Under the pieces are notes generated by a model. The model saw only the letters and a program-made list of their open reading frames with translations, made no database searches and was not told the origin of the DNA. Source: Phoronis australis (lineage: Eukaryota > Animalia > Phoronida). Taken from it: a stretch of DNA of 64,000 nucleotides. The stretch covers positions 1 through 64,000 of the forward strand of contig NMRA01001045.1 in assembly GCA_002633005.1 (NCBI GenBank). Direction: 5' to 3'. Positions 1 through 13,940 of this stretch are shown here, piece by piece. Within the stretch, counting starts at the first letter, position 1; each line of letters opens with the position of its first letter. The translations under genes and the position numbers were made by a program.

Positions 1-861
1 GAATGCGTCTCAATTTTTCTTCATCCATTGCCAGATGCCCTTCACCGACCACATGTCAAAGCGCTATTTCCTAAAATTTTGTGACATCTGTCGGGAGCTG
101 ATGACAGCTTCACTGGAGAGGAATTTTTCAAGAAATTCGGTTTCCTCGTATTATAATACTAAACCTTTGTATGGAAATGGAACCAGTTCTTATAATTACA
201 ATTCGATCGCTTGTTATACTTGCAAGAAGAACAACACGGGGAACGAAACTGGCCAATGAGGCAACAGGTGGCGACAACGAAAGCCGACCCAAATTGTAGC
301 AGCAGAGAGAACGGCAGAACGCCATTTTTTCAATAGCAGTAAATACTTTAGTTTAGTCAAGGACGAGTGTAATTTTAATGACACTAATTTTGCGTCAGAT
401 TTTATTTGATCAGTTTTTACCCACGTCGATGCAACGGCTGCTGTATATTTAGTATACAGCTCCCACCAAGGCAAGGCTACGCAGTCGGGGCCCTTTTCTG
501 GCCGGTGCCGAGATAGGCAGTAAACTTGTACTATGAAATTTTGAGAGTCGAGATCGCAGAAGAATAATACACATTAAGCACAGTTCTGTAGCCGAAACGC
601 ATTCATCAACGAGCTATATACAGTAATAAGCTTAATTTATCTCATTACCTTAACCCGCGGTACAGCCTCAATGACGTCAGACGCGCGTTAACCAATAGGA
701 ATTGACATTGGAAAAACGTTTTTTAACAAAAATATGAAAAAATAACAAAGATGTGATTTTTGGTATAGACTTCTTACATCAATTAAATTACATTAAAAAT
801 GCATGTTATTGTGCTTCAGGAAACTTTTGAATATTTTCGCAGGTGTTGCTGCTACAATTAA

Positions 862-1262
862 AGGAGAATGCCACCCGATTTAATTAGTCTTTTTTGCCGT
901 CTCAATCGGTCTATATCCACATCGCCTCGCATACATGTACGGTCGACCTTACCTTGCCAAGAGGTGTCGAGATAACCTGTGGGGAAGGTGAGAAACGACG
1001 CTAGCGACGTTAGTGGTTCATATGCAGAGTGAATGCCGCTATGTTCCTGCAAAATGCAATGCATCGTTCCCGCTTGTCCGAACTAAGCAGCTCCGAGGAA
1101 GTCGGGTATATCGGGTTTTTTTTTCTTACTTTCTCGAGAGTCAGAAATGCTTAGGAAGTGGCTCATGGTAGTGAAGAATGAAATGTAGGCTGTAAATAGC
1201 AAGTATGAGGCCGTGAAACATCTCCGTGTCTGTGGTCTGCAGACGTCGACAGTGCCTGACGA
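862..1262. mobile_element. Kolobok-like non-autonomous element, terminal fragment
   Basis: TTAA (858-861) + AGGAGAATGCCACCC terminus. Reverse complement of about 42600-42915, and homologous to the element starting at 52711. Confidence 0.7.
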
Positions 1263-1583
1263 ATGCCGGCTTACCAAATAACTCCATACAGTGTACATCA
1301 ATAGATCGTAATAAATCTAAAAATTCATCACGAGATTTTACATTGCACTTACGTGTATATGTTAAGTTCTTTTTGATGAGTTTATCTAATGTTTTAGCAA
1401 CCTCGTACAGGTGTAGGTAGGGGTTAACACTTGAAAATGATGGGTCTCAGTGGATACCCAGGCTTACCCTCAACAATTTGAAAGTATTTCAACTGCAATC
1501 TGAAGAAAGACATTTCTGTAAACAATACGAAAGTTTGTTAAACAAAATATCTAAGGCCAGGAACAGCTTACTTTTCAATGACA

Positions 1584-1634
1584 CACAAACATATATATAT
1601 ATATATATATAGTTATTTCAACATTAAGGCCACA

Positions 1635-1672
<38 letters not shown>

Positions 1673-1687
1673 TTTCAACATTAAGGC
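1584..1687. repeat. Two tandem copies of a unit containing a (TA)n microsatellite
   Basis: cacaaac(at)n-agttatttcaacattaaggc occurs twice, at the 3' end of the adjacent LINE. Confidence 0.85.
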
Positions 1688-1689
1688 CT

Positions 1690-2600
1690 TAGCCCACATG
1701 TTACATGTACATAAACGTTTCAGGATAACGCTGTGCAAATTTCCCTGAGGGCTGTGGCGTGAAATACAAATCTCATCTGAGTAATGGGCTCCTACATTTT
1801 CATTAGCTTTATAAATTTATGTTTATTTGGTTGACGCCAGCTCCACTAATATAAAATGTAGCTGTCAGAGAATATTGCATTTTACAAACACATATGAAAT
1901 TGTATTCATCTTCAGTTAGGGACACATAGAAACAACACACACTGCATTTTTCGTATACAAGATCATGTCTACCTTTCTCTATCATCAAGTTATGGTTGGA
2001 GCAACGTAATTTAGCCATAGCTGCTAAAAGATATATGGATAATTACGATATCTGATAGGATTTCATTTCAAAATTAATTTTAAATGTGGAATACGTATTA
2101 AGTTTTGAAATATTCTTCACAGCAAAGCTCCAGTCTTGTAAAAAACAACCTTTAATTCGCTGCTCAAAAATGACAAGAAAAGATGCTTCTCAGCCAACTC
2201 CCTGATTGTCCCATACCAATCTAAACAATATCGTTGCAGCAAATTCCTAAAAAGATGAAGCCCAATTTTTCTTATTGTCCCCATCCTATGTGACAAGCTT
2301 GTCATAGACAGATTTTAGATTTCGATGTGCTTGCATTTTTAACATTTAAACTAATACTTGATCAGTTTAGCAAACAGCTTTACATCAATTGGATACCTTC
2401 CAAGTTCTCCCAGGAAAACATGATTTGAACAGTTACTTCCAACACCCAGCAGTTGCTTACAGAATTTTAATTGGACGCGCTCGATACTAGAATATTCCTT
2501 AATTCCCCAAATCTCACTGCCATAGCTAATGATTGGGTATACCATTTTTTCAAAAATCTCGAGTTCACTTTTCGTTGAATGTCGTCCACATTTTGACTGA
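1690..2600 (-). mobile_element. RTE-X-like LINE, decayed 3' part of ORF2
   Basis: PIISYGSEIWG...IERVQLKFCKQLLGV...GELGRYP and AKLRCSNHNLMIEKGRH...C..C...EDEYNF..C (post-RT region and CCHC-type knuckle); frameshifted. Confidence 0.8.
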
Positions 2601-4491
2601 AAAAGTTTAATTGAAAAAAATGCTTTTTGTAAAGTTGACAGTATCCATGTTCTACAAGCCCACCACAGTGCATCAATTAATGAGACACAAGGGAATTTTC
2701 TCTGGAAAAATAAACAATTTAAGAAGGCACATTACTGCAGACTTTTCTAATGATTTTTAATTTTAAAGAACATCGTTTAAGTATAGCTACAATGTGCCTT
2801 GGCTTTTCCCAACGACTTTGGAAAGACGAGTTAGACTTTTAGTATAAACGCTATTTATTCTATTTTTGACGTCATATCTCACACATGATGCAATCTTGCA
2901 TAATAGCAGCGGTCATTTAATAAGCGCCGGTCTCGAATAAATACCTGAGTTGAATAAGTGTTGGGTCTAAAAAGCCCTTCAGAATATAAGCATCCGAGGC
3001 AACATTCCAGTATCCATACGTAGACCATGATTATGCTTTTCCAAGTCCATAGGATTAAGTGAGTGCACATGACACCATCGTCCTGAAGTTGTCAATATCC
3101 GCCATAGTCCTTGAAAGACTCTAGCGCACACTCGTCACTTGCGGGTTGCATTCTTACAATCAGAATTGATCTAACACATTTTACGTATGACGTACATACA
3201 CTCTGCACCTCTCACTTCCATGTTCGCATACAACATGTTTACAGGATTGTACAATAATTTAGACGATTGCACGCAAATAAGATTGGCGATGTTTCCTTAA
3301 AAGTTAACGACAACATCAGACAGAAGGGTAAAAACAAAGTAATTCCCAATTTTAACATACAGTAAATAGACGCTATCAAAAATTTTGTAAAAATTCGTTC
3401 TTGGGGGGGGGGTTCTTTTATTCAAATAACAAGTTTTGAAATTCACATCAAAAGACAGCTTAAAACGCAAATGTTATTCAGTCATTTAATTTGCCTTTCA
3501 AAGTCTTTGAAAGGCCCATATTTGAATCGTTTCAAACATTGCAGACCTCTGCCACGTAGTCGTTTTATGTTATGAGCAAAAGTCTTAACGCTTAAAAACC
3601 TCTGAATATATTCTCGCAGCTGTTACTGTTTTACGCTTTAGACTTGAATACTATGAACATGTCTTGACTTTTTATATTTATTTCTTTCTCTTCGAGCTTG
3701 TTTTTCAAAACATAAATGTAATAGCTTTATGCAAAATAACAAATCAAAAATATGTGGCGTAATGCACCAATTTTAAATGATTGCAGGACAAAAATCTATA
3801 CTCTGGTAGTTTTCATACACATGAGATTACTGCATAGTTGATGTTTTTTTAACAAAGTGTTTGTTGAATGTAGAATTCTTGTTCTAGAATTATAATAAAT
3901 AACAGCTATACGTATGTAAGGAACGACACAAAGTTTGGTTTCTGTGTTTGCTTACACACTGTCCTTGTTGTTGTTACAAGTGGATGTTCTAGATGATATT
4001 GTTTTTTTCTTAAAGCCAACGATTTTCCTGACCAACAACGATTAACAAAGTTCATTTAAAAATCCTGGAGTGACTCAACAATCACAACACGCGTGTTCCA
4101 ATATTTCTAGTTTAAAATGGAAAATTGTACATTCATCAAAATTCTAATTTTTATTTAATAAAGAAAAGGCAAAATTTATGTTGTTCTTTGAATTTTACTT
4201 GGGCCATTGGAGATTTACAAATTCGACACACGTTACTATAAATATCCTTGGAACCTGCATGATCATTTAAAAATGCTCACACCAAACGAAACTTCAGGTT
4301 CAACTAACATGTAAAGGCATCAGAAGTGAAAGGATGTCTGATTAGCTTCCTAATTGGTAGATTTTTACATGGTCACTGACACTTATGCCCTCGGTTATAC
4401 CGCACTATGATACGGGTAATTTCCGTTATGAGTTGATGTTTACTTAAAATTTCTTATCATTCAGATAGCGCTACGAATGAACTGATCGATT

Positions 4492-6110
4492 ACAGAGCAA
4501 CGCGGAGCGTTGAAATGTATCCACGCACACACCGCAAAGGGTGTGCTTCAAGGAGGGTTTATCTGGAACACAAAAATGGCCACTAGATGACGCATTATAC
4601 GTCGAATCCATCCGAAAGTTGTGTGTTATCAAAGCTATTTACCAAATTTCATAAAAATCCGTCAAGGACCTTCTGAGTAACCGACGGAAATGAAAAAGAT
4701 GAAGCTGCAACTAAGAGGCTACATACAGTGTATAGGCGCAAAAATTATAACTGCCTGTAAGCCAGGCCAGAGTAGATGAAGTCGTCGGAAAATCGTCATC
4801 AGACTTCGTCTTCAGATTAGGAACATGCATACAAATTTCCAGAACCATCCTTAGAGTGGTTTGGCGGACAGAAGGGCGGACGCCAAATAACAACACTCGA
4901 AAACAGTAAAATGGCCACTAGGTGGCGCAAAATACCACGCATCAAATTGAGAACCGTAGGATAGCATCAGCTTTCTAATAGATGCCAATTTACCAAATTT
5001 TCTGAAAATCCATTCAAGACCTTTGAATATAAAGACTGAGGTAAAACTAAAAAAAATTAAGATTGCCACGAGGGAGCACACCGGTAGTCCAATCCATCCG
5101 AAAGGTGTCGTCGTTTGTTGTGAAGTTTATATAAGCGCATCTGTTGAATTTAAGATCCTTTTGAGGGTTTAGGAGATAGCCTACAGTCATGAACGTAAAA
5201 AGCTGCCACTAGGAGGTGCCACAAGTGTCGAGGCCATCCGAAAACCATCGTCAGCCCTCTTCTTCACGTTAGGAACATGCAGACCAATTTCCACAATCAT
5301 CCTTAGAATGGTTTGGTTTACAGAGAGGCAGATGCCAACTGAAAAAAAAAACAGATTAAAAACAGTAAAAAGGCAACTAGGTATCACAAAATGCATCAAA
5401 GTCAACTGAAAGACGGACGAGAGCGTAATCTCACTAACAGATGTCTATCAGCCAATTTTTATGAAAATCCGTTGACGACCTTTGAAGAAACAGAGGTAAA
5501 CGTAAAAAACTAAAAGTACTACAAGGACCACACCACTAGTTCAATACGTCCGAAAGTTGTCGTCCTCTGTTGTCAACTTCATATTAGTAAACCATCAAAA
5601 TCCAATAAAGGTCCTCCGGAGCGTTTGTGAGATACAGCCATGGGCGCAAAAACAAACAAAACTGCCACTAGGAGGTGCCACATTAGTCGAAGTCGCCGGA
5701 AAGTTATCCCTAGAGGGGTTTAGTTGATAGAAGGACGGACGCCAAAACAAACTCGAAAACAGTGAAAATGGCCACTAGGTGACGCAAAGTAGCTCGATCC
5801 CATTCAAAAAACGGGAGGATGGCATCATCTCACTAACTGCGTAACTGACAAATTTTATGAAAATCTGTTGAGGGCCTCCGAAGATACAGAAGTAAACTTT
5901 AAAAAATCCACTAGGGGTCACACCACTTGTGCTTTGGAGAGTTCAGAAACTCGTCGTCATCCGTTGTAAGCTTCATAGAAACAAATCTGAGAAATCTCAT
6001 CAAGATCCTGTTATGATTTTAGTAGATACTTCTGCGGACGCCGGAGGCCGGAGGCCGGACGCCCAGACATACAATGTAGATGACGGCAATAAGCGACCAC
6101 ATGTAAATAC
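4492..6110 (+). mobile_element. Helentron-associated (HINE/pearl-like) element with internal ~145-bp satellite array
   Basis: 5' hairpin caacgc-gga-gcgttg; repeated units carrying CCACTAG(G/A)-core motifs; GGAC/GGCC-rich microsatellite near 6035-6065. Same family as 14295-15545 and 56950-58350. Confidence 0.65.
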
Positions 6111-6119
6111 GTAGGAGCA

Positions 6120-6480
6120 TGAAATGCATGACATCCGGAACGTGATAACAACGTACACAGATGATGTCCTTACATCAAAGCAGGCAAGAACATACCAATA
6201 TAGAAAAGAGACGAAACATCGTGGGAAAGAAACACCAGTGGTCGTATAATAAAACAAACATAAATCGATCCTTCTAGCCCAGTAGGTCATGTGAACCACG
6301 GGAAAGCAATGTTCTCTCTCGTTCCATTTGGCCTGATATCACCGTCGGGAAAGGTCCATATTTTACATTATAACCAAGGTACTCTTCAAGAAGTTGGTCT
6401 TGATATTAGTCATTGTAGTGTTCAGACGTAGACAGTAATATAGCTCCAATGTTATGATATCTTGATGTAGAGATGTGTGT
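6120..6480 (+). mobile_element. Possible decayed hAT transposase fragment
   Basis: LQEVGLDISHCSVQT resembles the hAT L..GLDI..CRGQ.YD motif; many stops. Confidence 0.3.
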
Positions 6481-6939
6481 CTGTACGAGAAGTGCCAAAA
6501 CAGTGTTCTTGACATTGGTAACACATCTGTGATGGGCATATGCCACAGAGTGACGTATGAGAGGCAGTGTATCTGGGACTACCCATGGGGGTTGAACTCA
6601 TCAGAGTGATGAAACTTGCTGTGGACACAATAGAACAGCAACAGAACTTCCGGAATCAAGCACTAAACCTTCAGTTTAACTTCCTTTTGCACGTATATTC
6701 GCGGGGTGCTACAATTCAGAGATGCGTCAAAGACAAGACACTTTAAGAAGACATTGATGCAAGCGCCAATATCATGAAAGTCTAAATGTGGTGCTTGGTG
6801 CCACAGCTATAAGCACAAGTAGAATTTTAATAATAATAATAGCATTAATTATGCAACTTTATTGAGAAACAACTTGCAAACTGATTTCATTAAACTAATT
6901 GACCATAAGAACACAGGTGCAAAGATCATGATAGTTCAT

Positions 6940-8160
6940 GTGTGGTGCCTGGTAGCGTGGCTACAAGCACAGAAGAATTTTGAATAATGGCGGCCTTAAC
7001 TTGTATAAATTAAATACAGACGGCATGGAACAGAAGAAAATTTGGCTAATCATAAGGAATATAACACGACATATAAAAAATTAATAAAAACAAAAAATAT
7101 TCTGTGAAAGAATAATTAAATCATTGTTGGCTTCATCTATCAATGAAAACAAAAAGAATATTTTGGTACTCGGTGAAGGGGAACAAAGAAGAACGGTCTT
7201 CAACTATTATACATCAACAGTGGTATAACAGTTTTAAAAGCGTTTATACTTCTCAGACTGGAGACCATGGTGAATTTTTTCCCGGTTCAGTAAAGTTAGG
7301 ACCTCGCTAAAAAGCAAGACTTCGTGAAAACACGTGACTGGCTAGATTTTAGCTAGGTCCTAGCATGGGTCCTACTGTAGCGTTAATGAACGCCCGCCCG
7401 GTTGTTATGTAACCGCTTCCATTAATGGGCGAATGCAAGCAATACTGTCTGTGAGGATCAAGTTGGTTTCAGGAAAAGGTATTCCACAATGGATAACGTT
7501 TATTCTCGATACACTAATTAACGAATATCTATTAAAACGTAGAGGCCGGTTCTATTGCTATCCTGTCGACTTTCAAAAAGCGTTCGACTGGGTCTGGCGA
7601 GATGGTCTTAAATATAAAATGTCAAGTTTTAAAATATATGGGAAAATTTATAGAAATTCTTAACAGTACATGTATGTGTGTTAATGTGAAGTCTTGCGTC
7701 TTGCTGAAAGGGGATGGTTGCGTAACCGATGTCTTCCAATGTACGATAGGTGTAGGTCAAGGTGTCAAATGTCTCATGTTGTCTTCTCGCTATTCATAAA
7801 TGATTTAGAAAGTGATTTACACAATGCACAGTGCTCGGGTGTAGATATTGGACTTATGTTTGTTTTTGTTTTTGTTTGCCGACAATTAGGTTCTCGTTGC
7901 TGAAACCGCTATTACTATGCAAAGATTTATTACCAAACTAGAAGAATATTGTAATAAATGGAAGCTTCATGTGAATATATCGAAGACAAAAAATATAGTC
8001 CTCCGAAAAGGGGGATACTTGAGAAATTATGAAAAGGGGAAATTATTTGGCGAAATTGTACAAACGTCTCTAGAGCATAATTATTAGAGTATCATGTTTA
8101 CTCCTACGTAGGGGCAGAAAACGTTAGCTGACAAATCGGCAAACACTATTTTTGTACCAA
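6940..8160 (+). mobile_element. RTE-X-like LINE reverse transcriptase remnant
   Basis: VDFQKAFDWVWRDGL, VKSCV, IGVGQG, FSLFINDL, LFAD and LEEYCNKWKLHVNISKTK motifs across frameshifts. Confidence 0.8.
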
Positions 8161-9059
8161 AAAGTGCATCTTCAAATACAGTGACTTACGAATTCCTTAT
8201 GGGTGTCGCTGCAATTCTGGGGGCCTGACTACGTAGACTTGGCTTTAGCATATGATTGATTGGCGTTTGAACTCAAGCGCCGTGCCGGTCGTCGTGTTCA
8301 GGCACTTGAGAAGCATTGGTGAACACTTATAGCCGCTTTTTTGGAATGAACGTAGCTGTGAGTATGACGTGTTGTTCACTGGTTCAAATGTAGTATAATA
8401 CAAGTTTAGCACTGGAACATTTTCATATCTACTGCGAACAATATCCTCAAGCCATCAAGTGTTCCTCCTTGGGCGGTTTGTCTTGTAATCCGTCACAGTG
8501 ACATTCCTGTGCAAATGTGGTTCAAAATGTTTGACACAAAAATATTACCAGTCTTGAAATGGTGCAAAATAAATCTGTAAATATTTGTTGGGACTTAAAC
8601 AACATGACACAAATGTTGCAGTGCAATGAAGGTACATCTATTATTGAGAATTGTTAAATTACTGGTTAACATGGGCGGCTCACCATAGGAGGCAGAGGGG
8701 CTATAGACCTCACTTTTTCAGTGCTGCGCTGCTCATTGTCTAAGGGCGATGCACCACAGGAGGGCTGGGGGTTATAGCTCCCCACTTTTTGCAATGCTGC
8801 ACCGCCCGTTGTTAAAGATTATCAAATCGCCAAGCCATCGTTATGTTAGTGTGTGCTATAATGTGCAAGATGAATGAACTGAGCAAAATAAGTGTTGCTG
8901 GGCTCTAAATGTTAAACACTTGTTATTTGCTTATGGTTTTGGAGTTGTTTGGATACAACAAGGTGTGGGCGATGCTGCCTCTTGTGTAAGTGAATTTCAA
9001 CAACGATGCTTTGATATTGACATCCAGGATTGGAGAGACAATGTCTTTTATTTTCTCAG

Positions 9060-9500
9060 TCATTACATGTTTATAAAAAAGTTTAAAGTAATTTTGTAGT
9101 AGAAAAATACATAACATGTTTAGAAAATAGTTTTCACAGAGTGGCCCTCGCAAGATTCAGATGCTCGGCGCATTGTTCAGGGAAGGTTCAGTGTACTTGA
9201 TAAAGAGGAGAGAATATGCCTCTGTTTTGACAGTGGGAAAGTGGAAACGGAATTGCACTTTCTTCTCGACTGTAATTTATAATCTGATCTACGTGTGCTG
9301 TTCTTACAAAGAGACGATAAGGTGGACGAGATAGTGTTCAGAATTTTTTCACACACTAGTGACTTAACTCTCCTGAGAACAGTTGCTAGATATTTAATTA
9401 ATGCGGAGAAACGTCGAAATGAGTTCCTTGATATGAATTAATTTTTATTAGAAAAATCATGTACTCTCTGTGTCTCATATATTTGCAATGGGCGCCGGAG
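9060..9500 (+). mobile_element. RTE-X-like LINE 3' remnant (probably the same element as 6940-8160)
   Basis: LARFRCSAH...EERICLC...VETELHFLLDC knuckle motif. Confidence 0.65.
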
Positions 9501-10100
9501 GCCTATTACATGAAATGAACCTACCAATTATACAAATTGACGATGTATCCACCAAAGAACTTGCACTATTACATTCGCAAATTATGGAAACGTTGGTGAA
9601 AACGTCAAAATAATATGCCTGCAGTGCTTGGAAAGGTAAATAAAAGAAAAACTTGAATTGTCCATAACGCCGAGATTATGCATATTTAAAAAATGCTCAA
9701 TGGCTGTGAACGCCCCCCACGCCTAAATCACTTTTAAATGACCATGACCATTTAAAACCCCTGGCTACGTGAAACAGCAAACAAAAAACTTTATCCGACA
9801 AATCCAAGTTCAGCCCTTTGGCTCCCGGACTGAAGAGCTCTTCTGAAGTCGCAGTGCATTGTGAACTGGATTTCTTTCCAAAACTCAGAATGGAGTTGCT
9901 GAGCCCAGATGTTTGCGGGATTCTTTTCTAAGGGTGATTTCACGTTTGGGTTTTGGATCAAAATCTGGACCAACTGAGTAATGGGATTCCAAAAAATATC
10001 CCGACATTTTAGTTTTGTGAAACACTTCACATCTATTTGACAGAAATATTTACACTCTCGGTAAATCTAGAATAGATTTGTGTTTTAAATTTGCCAGGTG

Positions 10101-10106
10101 TTTATT
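10101..10106 (-). promoter_or_regulatory. Putative polyadenylation signal of gene A
   Basis: AATAAA on the minus strand about 30 nt downstream of the stop codon. Confidence 0.55.
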
Positions 10107-10136
10107 AAACAATGCATTTGATAGCGCTGGTTGACT

Positions 10137-10453
10137 TTAAGCTATGTAAAGAAATCTAGTACATGTTTTGGTGCATTCTGAGTAAGTGACAAATTTGCAC
10201 ATATCACATGATTGACAATGGAGCAAACAGACGACCATAAAGCGGGCATACTTAAAGTCTATCTTATGAACATTGTCGGGAATGGTCTTTATAGCCATGA
10301 AGATACTATTGGCTTTAGCATACTTTCTGACGTGTGCCAGGTTCAAACAATGGTTGTCAAAGCTGTGCCTTGATTGAGGAGCGCTGAAGTCTGCCACTGT
10401 AGATGGCGGCGCCGTCGTGTTTGTGACTTCCGGATGCGAAGTTGTGAATGTTC
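10137..10453 (-). CDS. Kringle-PAN gene A, last coding exon (S/T-rich linker + PAN/apple-like domain)
   Basis: Acceptor gtaacAG at 10455-10454; phase 1, in frame with ORF 10137..10397. GTFTTSHPEVTNTTAPPST linker, then CLLHCQSCDMCKFVTYSECTKTC (C-x3-C-x5-C-x4-Y-x6-C, a PAN-like pattern); TAA at 10137. Same 317-nt length as the paralogous exon at 54147-54463. Confidence 0.85.
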
Positions 10454-11385
10454 CTGTTACATAAAGGATTGTGTTAGAAAGTTGAAATGTTCAGTCGTTC
10501 AGACATAGTGAGATAAACGTGTCATCCTAATCCACCACTAGTTTTCACCTGTACGGAGACGATTAAGCTAAACCTTGTGTTCCACCAAACTCCACGTACA
10601 TGTAGCTGCTCACAATGAGTCCAGCTACACTTACATGTACAGTGTAAACTACAAAGTTCTGAATCCAGACAGGGGCGTAAATCCATGATCGTCAAGAAAA
10701 AGAATATATTACCAAGTTTGCGTTTTGCAATGCAGGCATAATCTGCCGTCGAAGCCCATAAACAGTGTGTGCTATTGGGAATCATACGTAGTATAACTTT
10801 GTGTCCGGTCCCCATATTCCGGCACTTTTCATCTACACCGCAAAAAGTGTAGTGAGCGTGGAGGTGTAGGGTAAATTGGCTGGTAGAATGGTTTGTTTTC
10901 CCGAATTTCAATGCCGGGTGCCGCTTTTCCCCCTTCCCTATATTCCACCTCCCCTGTATTTCCCCAACCAATATTGACTCGTTCTTTTAGCTGTATATTT
11001 CCCGACTCTATTTTTCCCCGTACCAATTAATGTTCCCCTGACTCTATGTTTCCCGCCTCCATGTTACTCCAGTCCTATCCTTACAGTAATTTCCTAATCC
11101 ATTGCTATTTAAATTCAAGATACTGCGGATTAAAAGCACGTAAGGATCCCGGAGAATCATAAACGTTCTCAACGTGTAGTTTCAACTCCAAGAGAAATTC
11201 CACGAGAAAAAGTGCATGCTGTTATGGAGCAATTGCATAGCCTGGATCCAAGGAGTCGCAAAATAGGATAAACCCGGATTCGAAGCAGAGGTCCGGTGAA
11301 CTGATTTCCTGACATTCGGCATTACTTGTGTTTCATATTTTTACAAAGAATGTCCCTAATACATATATCTTTGTCGTGAACTCAC

Positions 11386-11622
11386 CGGTACAAAATGGTA
11401 TTTCGCAATACTCCCATCTCACAAACAAATCAGTTGTATAGCACCAGGGTGCCACTGTGTCGTCTGTCTTTCTGCAATAATTCTCAGTCAAGTCCAAATA
11501 AAACCCATTGTGATAATGAGGATACTGCGAATCCCATCTCTGGCACTTTCTTCCGGAAGCTGTGACTGACTTGGTCCCATTGTAATACATACCGGATGCG
11601 ACGAGCTTACATTCACGGCCAT
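11386..11622 (-). CDS. Kringle-PAN gene A, exon 2 (one complete kringle domain)
   Basis: Acceptor tcttacAG, donor GTGAG; 237 nt, phase 1-1. DGRECKLVASGMYYNGTKSVTASGRKCQRWDSQYPHYH...ENYCRKTDDTVAPWCYTTDLFVRWEYCEIPFCT has the six kringle Cys and the CQRW, NYCR and PWCYT motifs. Confidence 0.93.
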
Positions 11623-11998
11623 CTGTAAGACCTTTTTGTCATGTTTATTGCAAACCAAACCACTGAACCAAAGAATACACTGTCGATATCAAAACAAACA
11701 GATATACATACACAATTGCCAACCCAAAGGAGCAAGAAAACTAGTATTAAAGCATCAATCTCCTGTCGAAATATTTATCTTGACAGTATTTTAAATCATG
11801 CATGGACAGGTACTGTCTTCGGTTGATTTCTAGCATTCGTTGTTTGCAGTAGATCACAATTTGCCAAAAATATCAACCACCTAAGTAAAGTGCCCCGATA
11901 TTTGCATTTACTACTCATGCCACGATGAATGACTTACAGTACAAACTGTAGTTTGCTGTGATAGTTTTAATGCCGTTTGAACTATCGATTAGAGACCT

Positions 11999-12120
11999 TG
12001 TGCAAGGCCAAATTGTCACAACGTCCCAAATTGTCACAACTTCGAAATTGTGACAGTTTAAATTGTCACAATTTTAAAGTTTTTGCAATTTAGGACGTTG
12101 TGACAATTTGGGCCTGCACA
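11999..12120. mobile_element. Small MITE with terminal inverted repeats (gene A intron 1)
   Basis: tgtgcaaggccaaattgtcacaacgtcc ... ggacgttgtgacaatttgggcctgcaca, with internal aattgtcaca repeats. Confidence 0.7.
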
Positions 12121-12469
12121 GACGCCACGCAAATCAATTATGGAAAAAATTACTAAGGTGAAGGTGACAAAATAAAATCATGGTCACGTTTCGTAACGCA
12201 GCAAACTTGCAAAACAGTCACGCTGAGAAAATTTGATCCTTGAACAGGGCATTGTGTGATTAATTACAGTTTTCTCCTCGAATTAAGTATCCCAGCCTCG
12301 ATGACCACTCACTTCCATGCAAGTGTAGGCGATGTAAGAAAGGTTGCGACCTTACCAGCTAAACAGGAGCCTTTCTCTGGTGTGATTTTCCGTGGTTTCC
12401 CGCCGCTATTCTCAAAAGAAAATTACTCTACGACAAGCACTCTCAGGTTATAGCAAATGTTAATTTGAT

Positions 12470-12960
12470 GCAAGTCAAGGGCGAGCGCTTTACTAGGGAG
12501 GGAGGGAGGGAGAAAGAAAGACGGACGGAGGGACGGAGAGCGTTCGGTTTGGTGCAACTCGATTTGTTACCAAATCCAAAACATTACTGGGGGTGCTGCT
12601 TAGGCCAGGCCCGAATATCCCATAGCAAGCTCGGCTGGTACTCCCAAGTCAGACGAAGATGTACTCTCAAGGCGAGGCCCGGGGTCAAATCGCGAAAGGG
12701 TTGCTCCCACATCTAGCTCCAGGGTCACTGACAAATGCAGCTTGAAGAGGTGCCTCCAAAGCCATATCAGTGCATTATCCCATAGCCATGTCCGCCGGGT
12801 GATTTTCCCAAGACCACTTTGTGTGGTTCGCTAGGATCCATTTCAATGAGTTACTTAGATACTTAGCTTGGGAGTCTCTTCCATAACCAACTCTGTGAAA
12901 TTCTCATATCCAGTTTGGAAGTGTGGGGTATCCCCGTATCAAGGTACCTTTTTTGAATTC
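12470..12960 (-). mobile_element. Ingi/I-group-like LINE 3' fragment with simple-repeat tail
   Basis: EFHRVGYGRDSQAKYLSN resembles the C-terminus of ORF 13567..13929; (TCCC/TCCG)n tail at about 12495-12540. Confidence 0.4.
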
Positions 12961-13289
12961 AATGTAAGGTACAACAACCAATGCTAAATAATTTTAGTAC
13001 AACAGTATAAGAACTTTGTTTTATTTGGATGCCCCTCCGTCTCTCTCCATTTCCACTACTTTAACGCTCACCAATGTTCGCCGGAACTGTAAAATCGTTC
13101 GAGGTAAAATAGTAAAGAAAGTTATAAATTTTCCTAACGCAATGGATGGCGTAACAGTTTCGGACCATTATGGAGCATGATGTCAAGCGCGAATACAGGT
13201 TACACTATAATTCCATGGTCTGTTGGCTTGTGAATTGGTCCCATTGCTTAGACACAATTATCAGAACCGTGTGGAAGAAACAGGGATAA

Positions 13290-13940
13290 GCTCGATCTAG
13301 AAGCTTCGGCGTATTAGTTGGGGAAAAGGTGGGGTATCTATTATCGGGAAAGCCATGCAGTAAGGGAGAGATAGGAGTCGATCGCGGAAGGATGGCAAGG
13401 ACAAATAGTTGACGACTGGGCGATAAGGTATTTTGTGGCGATGGTGGTGTGAAAGTGGCGGCGTCGTTTGTGTGAAATTGGATGAGACGGGGAGGCAGGT
13501 TCTTCTCTGCCTATATTCGGGCAAAGCTATGTCCTGTAATACCTGTAATACCTGTCACGGACAGGATCATTGGGGATATGCTGATGCACTATTCCCCTCC
13601 CCAGACCATCCCCGTGACAGCAGAAGGCGCAGAACTCCAGGGCTGACGTTGCCTGTAAGCATTTGATTTGACAACACTCGGGCACGGCTCTTCTTGTGAC
13701 TCTTCGCAGCATGGCCATAAATGATACCGGCTTCGAGCAGTCGGCTGCCATCATTGAACTCCGCCAGTTGGGATGCAGTCTGCTCGAGGTTGTGTTTGCG
13801 GGCCAGCAGCTTAACGTCAGCCGAATATAAGTAGAGGGGTTGGTTGGTGGTGCATGAGCCAGCGAGGTAATCTGCACGCTCATTAATCAGGACACCGGCG
13901 TGGCCAGGTACGAAAGACCAGATCACCACATGATGAGGGT
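13290..13940 (-). mobile_element. RNase H-bearing LINE (Ingi/I group), 5'-truncated
   Basis: WSFVPGHAGVLINERADYLA matches the RNase H C-terminal motif (PGH..NE.AD.LA). Confidence 0.7.

Noticed and set aside
10522-11026. 149-aa and 65-aa ORFs in gene A intron 2
   Set aside because: Non-ATG starts, overlap a low-complexity MITE-like repeat, and no recognisable domain.
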